DNA of 64,000 bases from Candidatus Saccharimonadia bacterium (GTDB taxonomy: Bacteria; Patescibacteriota; Saccharimonadia; UBA4664; JBBRNT01). Made by a program: the position numbers and the translations under genes. Shown here in pieces: positions 1 through 7,550 of the stretch; position 1 is the first letter of the stretch; every line of letters starts with the position of its first letter. Below the pieces are notes generated by a model. It did not search any database. It had not been told where the DNA came from and was given only the letters and a program-made list of their open reading frames with translations. The stretch is from positions 37,341 to 101,340 of the forward strand of contig JBBRNT010000002.1 in assembly GCA_038230095.1 (NCBI GenBank), given 5' to 3'.

Positions 1-1
1 G

Positions 2-175
2 CTCAGCTGGGCCGAGCGCAACGCCAATGTACAGACCACTCAGACCCCAGCCCGGGACGACAACTACGTGGCAGATACCACCAAGTTGTGCCCGGAGTGC
101 CGGCAGGCCAGCCTGACCTTCCAGCAAGGGTGCAGCATGTGCATCACGCCGGGGTGCGGCTACAGTGCCTGCTGA
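2..175 (+). CDS. nrdJ: C-terminal end (partial) of probable class II (B12-dependent) ribonucleotide reductase or TSCPD-domain protein
   Basis: Frame 2 reads ...KLCPECRQASLTFQQGCSMCITPGCGYSAC*, the CPxC...GCxxC..CGYSxC zinc-ribbon tail typical of NrdJ; 5' part lies outside the window. Confidence 0.7.
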   Translation, partial: LSWAERNANVQTTQTPARDDNYVADTTKLCPECRQASLTFQQGCSMCITPGCGYSAC

Positions 176-224
176 CCAAACTTTGCTCCTGACCCCAGGG
201 TCTTGAGCCGTCCACCGTCCATCA

Positions 225-254
225 GGGGCGGTCGCTTGTGCGACCGCCCCTTTT
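225..254 (+). terminator. Intrinsic terminator after nrdJ-like gene
   Basis: GGGGCGGTCGC-TTGT-GCGACCGCCCC followed by TTTT. Confidence 0.85.
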
Positions 255-265
255 CATTGCTATAT

Positions 266-294
266 TTGACAACGCTGCAGCCAGTTTGTATAGT
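266..294 (+). promoter_or_regulatory. sigma70-type promoter
   Basis: TTGACA(266-271)-17 nt-TATAGT(289-294); predicted TSS coincides with ATG at 301. Confidence 0.8.
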
Positions 295-300
295 CGCTTC

Positions 301-393
301 ATGAAGTCTTTCGGCACAAACGTAGTAGTGATTATCTCGGCCCCGGTAAAGGGCCTGCTGCTGTTTGTCCATCAAGAGGCTTCGTTCCGCTAG
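301..393 (+). CDS. Putative leaderless leader peptide, 30 aa (MKSFGTNVVVIISAPVKGLLLFVHQEASFR)
   Basis: ATG 6 nt after -10 box, as in many other genes here; VVVII and LLL runs; embedded in attenuator helices. Confidence 0.55.
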   Translation: MKSFGTNVVVIISAPVKGLLLFVHQEASFR

Positions 394-444
394 ATTTTCC
401 AAGAACTCCACCCACACGAAGCCTCTGCGAAAGCAGAGTTTTTT
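301..444 (+). promoter_or_regulatory. Transcription attenuator (1:2 / 2:3 / 3:4 helices)
   Basis: 301-311 pairs with 375-385 (11 bp incl. GU); 375-385 AGAGGCTTCGT is the perfect complement of 416-426 ACGAAGCCTCT; terminator CTCTGC-GAAA-GCAGAG-TTTTTT 423-444 overlaps 416-426. Confidence 0.75.
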
Positions 445-463
445 GGTTCTAGGGTAGAGGTAT

Positions 464-539
464 CGGACTGTAGCACAGCACGGTGGTGCACCCTCCTTCG
501 GGAGGAAGGTCGTGGGTTCAAATCCCACCAGCCCGACGA
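464..539 (+). tRNA. tRNA-Pro(CGG)-derived tRNA-like RNA / pseudo-tRNA with non-canonical anticodon arm
   Basis: Acceptor CGGACTG/CAGCCCG (one A-C mismatch), D-arm GCAC/GTGC, perfect T-arm GTGGG-TTCAAAT-CCCAC; anticodon region folds best as CCTCC-TTCG-GGAGG; ends ACGA, not ACCA. Confidence 0.7.
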
Positions 540-579
540 GCGAAAGTTCATTGAAAACCGAGATCAAAAGGAGTTCGTG

Positions 580-840
580 ATGACTACTACCAGCGATGAG
601 GTGCTTATTGCTCCGCCCGAACCGCAAGGCGTCTGGGTGACCGTGGAGAAACTAGCGGGAGTGCTACCGGGCAGCTTGAGTATGCTGCTACGCGGACTCA
701 CGTACCAGTACTCGCCGCGGGGTGAATTGCAACCCACCAACCTGCTTCATTTATGCATGTTGCCAGAGGAAGCAGAAATTGTTCGGAAAAGGGTGAGAAG
801 TCATAAACACCCATATCGACTAGTGGAGGATACGCCATGA
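580..840 (+). CDS. Small hypothetical protein
   Basis: SD AAGGAG at 568-573; stop overlaps next start (ATGA). Confidence 0.7.
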   Translation: MTTTSDEVLIAPPEPQGVWVTVEKLAGVLPGSLSMLLRGLTYQYSPRGELQPTNLLHLCMLPEEAEIVRKRVRSHKHPYRLVEDTP

Positions 841-1085
841 GCCCGGAGGTAGAGACGAACGTCACATTTCGTATCCGGCCTGAACGGGGTGCGACAATAG
901 CTCACTTGCGCCGACTGTTTCATGACTTGGATTCCGACACGCCGTCGGTGCTTTCCATGCGGCTGGAGCCGTTTACCGTAAGCCTGAGCCAGCAGGATGG
1001 CATGGCGGTGCGCAAGCGTCTGAAAAACCCCTACTGTCCGTTCCACGAAGACCTGTCCGTTGTTGAAGCCATCTACTCAGAATAG
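837..1085 (+). CDS. Small hypothetical protein
   Basis: SD GGAGG; ATGA coupling; shares VRKR..P[YF] segment with previous ORF. Confidence 0.7.
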   Translation: MSPEVETNVTFRIRPERGATIAHLRRLFHDLDSDTPSVLSMRLEPFTVSLSQQDGMAVRKRLKNPYCPFHEDLSVVEAIYSE

Positions 1086-1092
1086 GGGCACT

Positions 1093-1407
1093 ATGAGCCG
1101 ATCCAAGCACAATGGTAGTAAGAAGATAAGCCCAGACCGGCGGAAGCTAGTCCAGGCCGGAAGCGGTAGTGGCGGAGTGCAGCTGGTCGTAGCTGCGCCG
1201 CCGAAAGTATTCAGCCTGCGGTTTGTGGTATACGATGACCGGGCAGGCAATGTGAGTACCGCCCAGCTGGCCCGCCACAATGCCACGTCTGAGCAGATTG
1301 AGCTGGTGCGATCTAGACAACCGATTACGCTGCAGTTTGGGGACCCAGCCGCCAGGCGCCGAGCTATGGGCTGCCTGAACTCCTTTGGCCGCTGTATCCT
1401 GCCCTGA
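1093..1407 (+). CDS. Small hypothetical protein
   Basis: SD-like AGGGG before ATG 1093; third gene of operon, closed by hairpin. Confidence 0.6.
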   Translation: MSRSKHNGSKKISPDRRKLVQAGSGSGGVQLVVAAPPKVFSLRFVVYDDRAGNVSTAQLARHNATSEQIELVRSRQPITLQFGDPAARRRAMGCLNSFGRCILP

Positions 1408-1421
1408 CCACCTGTACAACT

Positions 1422-1453
1422 GCCCCGGGATGCGTTACGTATCCCGGGGCTTT
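1422..1453 (+). terminator. Intrinsic terminator
   Basis: GCCCCGGGATGCG-TTA-CGTATCCCGGGGC-TTT. Confidence 0.75.
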
Positions 1454-1472
1454 GCATGCTATTATAGTCCTA

Positions 1473-1730
1473 ATGCGTGCCATTATTCTTATCACTACGC
1501 CTGGCCCAAATGAACGTGAGGCTCTGCGCTTTGTCCAGGATCTGGACCGCCTGCGGGTGGAGGCGGAGATAGTGGAGGCGGATAGCCGCGAGGGGATTGC
1601 CATGCGCGAGCTCTACGACGTCATGGCGACGCCAGCGGTCGTGGTGGCCAAAGACGATGGCGCATTGGTGGAAATGTGGCAGGGGAGCTGGCCACAGCTG
1701 TCTGAAGTTAGCTATAATTACCACACCTAA
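1473..1730 (+). CDS. Conserved thioredoxin-fold-like small protein (no CxxC)
   Basis: ADSREGIAMRELYDVMATPAVVV..DDG....WQG pattern, recalled from CPR proteins upstream of yggT; leaderless start. Confidence 0.7.
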   Translation: MRAIILITTPGPNEREALRFVQDLDRLRVEAEIVEADSREGIAMRELYDVMATPAVVVAKDDGALVEMWQGSWPQLSEVSYNYHT

Positions 1731-1738
1731 GGACAGCA

Positions 1739-2005
1739 ATGCTAATCGAAGTTGCCGCAACATTTATTGATCTCCTGGTACTCTGCTTTAATTTTCTGTT
1801 GCTCAGCCGGGTAATTCTGTCCTGGTTTCTGACTACAGAAAACGCTATTTACCGCTGGCTAGTAGAAATAACTGAGCCGCTACTAGGACCGGTGCGACGG
1901 CTGCTGCCCAAGACGGGCGGCCTAGATCTAGCGCCGCTGGTAACATTCTTTTTACTACAAGGCATACAAGTGGGCGCGCACTATTTGCTTGCGCATCTTG
2001 CCTGA
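1739..2005 (+). CDS. yggT: YggT family membrane protein
   Basis: RVILSW...TEPLLGPVRRLLP..GGLDLAPLV signature. Confidence 0.92.
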   Translation: MLIEVAATFIDLLVLCFNFLLLSRVILSWFLTTENAIYRWLVEITEPLLGPVRRLLPKTGGLDLAPLVTFFLLQGIQVGAHYLLAHLA

Positions 2006-2013
2006 CGTATAAT
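1985..2013 (+). promoter_or_regulatory. Promoter for T-box/ileS
   Basis: TTGCTT-17 nt-TATAAT. Confidence 0.7.
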
Positions 2014-2046
2014 AAGCCCACAATAACTAAAGCGTTTCGTAGGCAA

Positions 2047-2203
2047 CTGCGATGAAGCGGCAATCACCCGCCAGCCGCCGGAAGAGTTCCAGATGGAATG
2101 TAGAACCGGTCGCCACTCGAGCGTAAGCGAGCTAATGAAGTCCACCACCAGCAGGGTGGTACCGTCCCGCAGATTGTGGGGCCCCTGCAGACGGTGGTTT
2201 TTT
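2047..2203 (+). ncRNA. Ile T-box riboswitch (short stem I, ileS type)
   Basis: Stem I GCGG-CAATCAC-CCGC with AUC specifier (2063-2065); stem II CCGGAAGA...GTAGAACCGG; T-box AGCAGGGTGGTACCG (bulge TGGTACC 2157-2163) pairing with CCCCTGC; U-tract 2198-2203; directly upstream of ileS. Confidence 0.88.
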
Positions 2204-2216
2204 GATTGGAGCGTGT

Positions 2217-5156
2217 ATGAAGAAAGCCCCCCAAGCCGATTTCCCCGCTTTTGAAGCCGAAATACTCAAGATCTGGGATGCCGAGAAGACCTTTGAGCAA
2301 AGCCTAGAACTGCGCCGCGGTGCAGAACGGTTTAGCTTCTACGATGGCCCGCCGTTTGCCAATGGTTTGCCCCACTTTGGTCACTCACTGGTAACGAGTA
2401 TTAAGGACTCGCTGGGCCGCTACCAGACGATGCGTGGCAAGTACGTAGAGCGACGCAATGGCTGGGACTGCCATGGCCTGCCGGTAGAGTTCGCCATTGA
2501 GAAGCAGATGGGAGTAAGCGGCAAGAAACAGATTCTGGAGCTTGGTATAGCCAAGTTTAACCAGGCCTGTCGGGACTCGGTATTTATGTATAAAGCCGAT
2601 TGGGAGGCATTCTTTCACAGAATTGGGCGCTGGACAGATACTGAGAATGCCTATGCCACCATTGACCGCGACTACACCGAGAGCGTGTGGTGGAGCCTGG
2701 GCCAGGTCCACGAGAAAGGCCTGCTTTACCGCGGCTACAAGAGCATGCCGTACTGCCCGCGTTGTGAGACCCCGCTGTCCAACTTTGAGCTGAATGAGGG
2801 CTACCAGGACAATGTGCCAGATCCCAGTGTATACGTGAAGTTCCCGCTAGTGGATGAGAGTGGCACGGCGCTACTGGCCTGGACTACTACACCCTGGACA
2901 CTGCCGGCCAACGCTGCCTTAGCCGTGGACGCTAAGGCCGACTACGTCACCGTGGAGCTACTAGGCAATGGTGATAGCTGGAAACAGGGCGACCGGCTCA
3001 TACTGGCCAAGGCCCGCTTGGGTGAGCTAGAGCTGCGCAAAGCTGAGTACAAGACTGTAGTAACTCAGAAGGGGAGTGAACTAGCAGGGCTGCGCTACCT
3101 GCCACTCTACGATCTCGCGACCGACTTTACCGAAGCAGAAGCGGCGGCTGTGCACACCGTGTACGTTGATGAGTCTGTGAGCCTAGAAGATGGTACGGGC
3201 ATCCTGCACGTAGCACCACGGTACGGCGAGAGCGATCTGGGTATTGGTCAGCGTGAGGGCCTGCCGCTGATTGAGAGCGTGGGGCGTAATGGCCACATGA
3301 CCGAGCAGATGGGGGAGTTTGCTGGCATGTTCTTCAAGAAAGCCGACAAGTTTATTACCCAGGATCTAGTTGAGAAGGGTAGTATATTTGCCGCTGAGAC
3401 CTTTAACCATACCTACCCGTTCTGCTATCGCTGCGAGAGCCCACTGCTGTACTACGCGATCTCAACTTGGTTTATTCGAGTATCTGAGATTCGCGAACAA
3501 ATGCTTAAAACAGCGGAAGAGATTGAGTGGACCCCTAGCCATATTAAGGCTGGTCGGTTTGGTAAGTGGCTGGAAGGCGCCCGCGACTGGGCTATTAGCC
3601 GCAACCGCTACTGGGGCGCACCTATGCCTATCTGGGTGAATGAGAAGGATGAGAATGACTATCTGCTGGTCTCTAGCCTAGACGAGCTGCGTGAGCTAGC
3701 GGGCCAGGATGTGAACCTGGACGACCTACACCGGCCGTTTATTGATGATGTGGTAATTCGGAAGGATGGCAAGACCTACAAACGCATTGAAGAGGTGTTT
3801 GACTGCTGGTTTGAGTCGGGCAGTATGCCAGTGGCGCAACAGCACTATCCGTTTGAAAACAAAGATGTGTTTGAGGCGTCGTTTCCGGCTGACTACATTG
3901 GCGAGGGGCTCGACCAGACGCGCCTGTGGTTCTATGTGCAGCATGTGCTTGCTACCATTATATTTGACCGGCCAGCCTACAAACACGTGCTGGTGAACGG
4001 TATGATTATGGCTTCGGATGGGCAGAAACTAAGTAAGCGACTCAAGAACTACCCACCGGTGGAGGAGGTGTTTGCCAGCGAAGGCGCTGATACCTTGCGG
4101 TTCTACCTGCTGGGCAACGACCAGGCGCTCGGTGCGGACTATATGCGATTCGACCGCGCTGCTATGCAAGACATTTCTCGCAATGTGTTTAGCACTCTGT
4201 GGAACTCGCTAAGCTTTCTGTCTATGTATGCTGAGATTGATGGCTGGGAGCCCGACAAGCACCTTGCGGAGCCTAAGTCTGACAACGTGCTGGACCAATG
4301 GATGCTGGCGCGACTAAACCAGGTGATTGCCGAGATGACTACAGCGGCCGATAACTACGAAATTGCCCAGGCACTGCGGCCATTCCGCGGGCTGGTTGAC
4401 GACCTGTCCAACTGGTATGTACGCCGCAGCCGCCGCCGGTTCTGGAAGAGCGAGGATGATGGCGATAAGCAGAGCGCCTATGCCACTCTGCACTACACCC
4501 TGGCACGCATGGCGCAGCTACTGGCACCCTGGAGCCCATTCATTGCCGATAAGCTGTGGCGGGAGCTCATGGTGGGCACCGAGCAGCCGCTAAGCGTGCA
4601 CCTAAGCGATTGGCCGGTAGCTGGTGCGCAAAACATTGCGATTTTAGACCAGATGGAGCTAACCAGGTTGATTGTCACCGAGGCACTTTCTAAGCGCGCT
4701 GAGGCCGGTATTAAGGTTCGTCAACCACTGAGCTTGCTAACCGTTGCTTCCTTGGAGGAGCTACCTCAGACTCTAGTAGATATTATCGCAGAGGAAGTGA
4801 ATGTCCAACGGGTACTGCTTGATCGCAAAGCGGCGGTAGCGGGGGCGAAGTTTGATGTTCGACTGGACACTGAGATCACAGATGAGCTGCGGCGTGAGGG
4901 TGTAGTGCGGGATCTGGTGCGGCTTATTCAGAGTACACGTAAGGCCGAGGGGCTGGAGGTAGATGACCGGATTGTATTGCAGCTGGTGACCCCTTCGGAT
5001 GAGATCCAGGCGGCGGTTGAGCAGTTTGATACCCTGATTATTCGCGAGACGCTAGCCGAGCAGCTGACAATAGAGCTGGGTGAGGCCGGGGTAGACGTAC
5101 CACACAAGCTGGCCGGTAGCACTATAGTGATCAATCTGAAAAAGGCTATAAAGTAG
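2217..5156 (+). CDS. ileS: Isoleucine--tRNA ligase (type 2)
   Basis: FYDGPPFANGLPHFGH, GWDCHGLPVE, KLSKR motifs; SD GGAG before ATG 2217. Confidence 0.97.
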   Translation: MKKAPQADFPAFEAEILKIWDAEKTFEQSLELRRGAERFSFYDGPPFANGLPHFGHSLVTSIKDSLGRYQTMRGKYVERRNGWDCHGLPVEFAIEKQMGVSGKKQILELGIAKFNQACRDSVFMYKADWEAFFHRIGRWTDTENAYATIDRDYTESVWWSLGQVHEKGLLYRGYKSMPYCPRCETPLSNFELNEGYQDNVPDPSVYVKFPLVDESGTALLAWTTTPWTLPANAALAVDAKADYVTVELLGNGDSWKQGDRLILAKARLGELELRKAEYKTVVTQKGSELAGLRYLPLYDLATDFTEAEAAAVHTVYVDESVSLEDGTGILHVAPRYGESDLGIGQREGLPLIESVGRNGHMTEQMGEFAGMFFKKADKFITQDLVEKGSIFAAETFNHTYPFCYRCESPLLYYAISTWFIRVSEIREQMLKTAEEIEWTPSHIKAGRFGKWLEGARDWAISRNRYWGAPMPIWVNEKDENDYLLVSSLDELRELAGQDVNLDDLHRPFIDDVVIRKDGKTYKRIEEVFDCWFESGSMPVAQQHYPFENKDVFEASFPADYIGEGLDQTRLWFYVQHVLATIIFDRPAYKHVLVNGMIMASDGQKLSKRLKNYPPVEEVFASEGADTLRFYLLGNDQALGADYMRFDRAAMQDISRNVFSTLWNSLSFLSMYAEIDGWEPDKHLAEPKSDNVLDQWMLARLNQVIAEMTTAADNYEIAQALRPFRGLVDDLSNWYVRRSRRRFWKSEDDGDKQSAYATLHYTLARMAQLLAPWSPFIADKLWRELMVGTEQPLSVHLSDWPVAGAQNIAILDQMELTRLIVTEALSKRAEAGIKVRQPLSLLTVASLEELPQTLVDIIAEEVNVQRVLLDRKAAVAGAKFDVRLDTEITDELRREGVVRDLVRLIQSTRKAEGLEVDDRIVLQLVTPSDEIQAAVEQFDTLIIRETLAEQLTIELGEAGVDVPHKLAGSTIVINLKKAIK

Positions 5157-5190
5157 GCTATACTAGAACTCTAGTGGTGGAGGGGTTTGC

Positions 5191-6300
5191 TTGTTTAAAG
5201 CGCGGTTTTGGCGAAATTTTGACTGGATACTAGCCGGAATTACCAGCTTACTGGTGACAATTGGGCTGGTCGTCATCTATGCCACGTCACTCAAAGACGC
5301 GGGTACAGTGGCGCCTGCCGATGTACGCAACCAGATGGTCTACGCCGTCCTCGGCTTGGTGGCACTAGTGGTGGTGGCTAGGATTGACTACCATGCTTGG
5401 GGCAAGTTCACTACCTGGCTGTACTTTGGCTCACTGACACTACTGGTGATCGTGCGGTTTGCCGGTAAGACGGCCCTGGGTGGGCAACGCTGGATTAATC
5501 TAGGCCTTTTCCAGCTACAGCCCTCTGAGCTGTCAAAATTTGTACTCATTATTGTGCTGGCCAAATTCTTTTCAGAACGCTACGAACAAATGGATAGAGT
5601 GAGCAACTTATTTATCTCACTAGCCTATGTGCTCGTACCCTTTGGCCTGGTTCTAGCCCAACCAGATCTGGGAACGGGCATGGTGCTACTGGTCATATGG
5701 GTAGCCATGGTCCTAGCTACGCCGGTCCGCAAAGTCTGGTTGGGAGGTATGGCGGCGGGTGCCTTGGCTCTGCTCCCCATAGTCTACCGGGTGATTAAGC
5801 CCTACCAGCGTGAGCGTATTTCAACCTTTCTCAACCCCGCGGCCAACCCGCTGGGTAGCGGCTACAACGTGGTTCAGTCCACCATTGCTGTAGGCAGTGG
5901 CCAGCTGTTTGGACGGGGGCTGGGGGCGGGTAGCCAGAGCCAGCTCAACTTCCTGCCGTCCCAGCACACCGACTTCATCTTTGCAGTGCTTGCAGAGAAG
6001 TTAGGATTCGTGGGTGCCGTGATGCTACTGGGACTATTTACCGGGCTGCTTGTACGCGGGGCTACTATTGCGTGGCGCTCGAGGGACCGGTTCGGCATGT
6101 TCTTGGCTCTGGGGATTGTAGCAATGATCCTGTTCCATATGTTTATTAATGTGGGCATGAATATTGGCATTATGCCGGTGACGGGTATCCCACTGCCATT
6201 TGTGAGCTACGGTGGCACCAGCCTTCTGGTAGGGATGATGGCTATTGGTATGCTCGAGAGTATTGCTACGCGACGCAAGAAGATAGAATTTGGCAGCTAG
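5191..6300 (+). CDS. rodA: Rod shape-determining protein RodA
   Basis: QPSE, QPDLGT, HTDFIF, GIPLPFVSYGG SEDS motifs. Confidence 0.95.
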   Translation: MFKARFWRNFDWILAGITSLLVTIGLVVIYATSLKDAGTVAPADVRNQMVYAVLGLVALVVVARIDYHAWGKFTTWLYFGSLTLLVIVRFAGKTALGGQRWINLGLFQLQPSELSKFVLIIVLAKFFSERYEQMDRVSNLFISLAYVLVPFGLVLAQPDLGTGMVLLVIWVAMVLATPVRKVWLGGMAAGALALLPIVYRVIKPYQRERISTFLNPAANPLGSGYNVVQSTIAVGSGQLFGRGLGAGSQSQLNFLPSQHTDFIFAVLAEKLGFVGAVMLLGLFTGLLVRGATIAWRSRDRFGMFLALGIVAMILFHMFINVGMNIGIMPVTGIPLPFVSYGGTSLLVGMMAIGMLESIATRRKKIEFGS

Positions 6301-6365
6301 TGCGAGAGTCTTTACAATCTGCTCTCAATCTGATATTCTAGCGTAGTTATAAATCTGGAATTTCC

Positions 6366-6665
6366 ATGCAAGCTGTTATTGCCACTGGTGGCAAACAATA
6401 CATAGTAGAAAAAGGTCAGACGCTCGAAGTCGAGTTGCTTGGCGACCTCAAGAAGATTGAGTTCGAAGCACTGCTCGTAATGGATGGCGACAAGATCTCG
6501 GTCGGTACCCCCTCGGTAGCTGGCGTTACGGTGAAGGCCGACGTCCTCGAAGAGGTAAAGGGCGACAAGATTAAGGTTCTGAAGTTCAAGGCCAAGAAGC
6601 GCCAAAAGACTCTGACTGGCCACCGTCAGCACTACTCCCAGATTAAGATTGTTTCGATCGGCTAA
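6366..6665 (+). CDS. rplU: 50S ribosomal protein L21
   Basis: AVIATGGKQY...GHRQ. Confidence 0.97.
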   Translation: MQAVIATGGKQYIVEKGQTLEVELLGDLKKIEFEALLVMDGDKISVGTPSVAGVTVKADVLEEVKGDKIKVLKFKAKKRQKTLTGHRQHYSQIKIVSIG

Positions 6666-6678
6666 GCCGCGAGACTGT

Positions 6679-6705
6679 AAAAGACCCCGAAAGGGGTCTT
6701 TTTTT
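6679..6705 (+). terminator. Intrinsic terminator after rplU
   Basis: AAAAGACCCC-GAAA-GGGGTCTTTTTTT. Confidence 0.9.
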
Positions 6706-6785
6706 GTTCCCAGGTGTCGATGGAGCTGGCTAGGGAAGCGTAGGCGTTTATGGTAAAATGATCTGGATATGAGGGAACGAGGGTA

Positions 6786-7550
6786 GTGCACATAATAGCG
6801 CTCGCAAACCAGAAAGGTGGCGTCGGTAAGACGACCACCACTATCAATCTGGGCACCTACCTGGCTAAGCAAGGTAATAAGGTGCTTATTGTTGACCTGG
6901 ACCCTCAGGGTAATACCACCAGCGGACTAGGCATTGACCGTAAGTCTGTGAGCAAGGACCTATACCACGTGCTACTGGATGAAATTACTATTGAGAAGGT
7001 ACTGATTAAGACGCCGTATCATGGCATGATGCTCGTGCCTGCCTCGCCAGTACTGGCTGCGGCTGAAGTGGAGCTGGTAGCCAAGCCGGCACGCGAGTTT
7101 AAGCTGAAGCGGGCATTGAGAGACCTGGATTATGACTATATTCTCATCGACTGCCCACCCTCACTTGGCTTATTAACGATCAATGGGCTGACAGCCGCAA
7201 CCTCCGTGATTATTCCGGTGCAGGCCGAATACTACGCACTGGAGGGCCTGGGGCAGCTTATAACCACTATTGGTCGGGTGCGCCAGGGGCTGAATCCTCA
7301 GCTAGACATTCTGGGCGTGGTACTCACCATGCACAATGGACGCACCACACTGTCGGCTCAGGTGCAGGACGAGGTGAAGCGGCATTTTGGCGACAAGGTG
7401 TTTGAGACTATTATTCCGCGCAATGTCCGTCTTGCCGAGGCACCTAGCTTTGGCCAGCCCATCTCCCACTTCGATAAGTGGAGTAAGGGCGCCAGAGGGT
7501 ACAAGGAACTGGCACAGGAAGTAGCAGCAAGATCAGGAGGAAAAGTATGA
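6786..7550 (+). CDS. parA: ParA/Soj chromosome partitioning ATPase
   Basis: NQKGGVGKTTT, DLDPQGN, IDCPPSLG, PRNVRLAEAPS. Confidence 0.96.
   Translation: MHIIALANQKGGVGKTTTTINLGTYLAKQGNKVLIVDLDPQGNTTSGLGIDRKSVSKDLYHVLLDEITIEKVLIKTPYHGMMLVPASPVLAAAEVELVAKPAREFKLKRALRDLDYDYILIDCPPSLGLLTINGLTAATSVIIPVQAEYYALEGLGQLITTIGRVRQGLNPQLDILGVVLTMHNGRTTLSAQVQDEVKRHFGDKVFETIIPRNVRLAEAPSFGQPISHFDKWSKGARGYKELAQEVAARSGGKV

Noticed and set aside
160-627. 155-aa minus-strand ORF
   Set aside because: Antisense to the promoter, attenuator and tRNA-like RNA; the VGLVGFEPTT segment is the usual artefact of translating a tRNA antisense
464-1453. Prophage or integrative element at a tRNA att site
   Set aside because: No integrase and no duplicated tRNA 3' end seen in the window
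2047-2145. Fluoride-riboswitch-like words (GCGATG...GCTAATGA)
   Set aside because: Spacing is wrong, and the region is fully explained by the Ile T-box upstream of ileS
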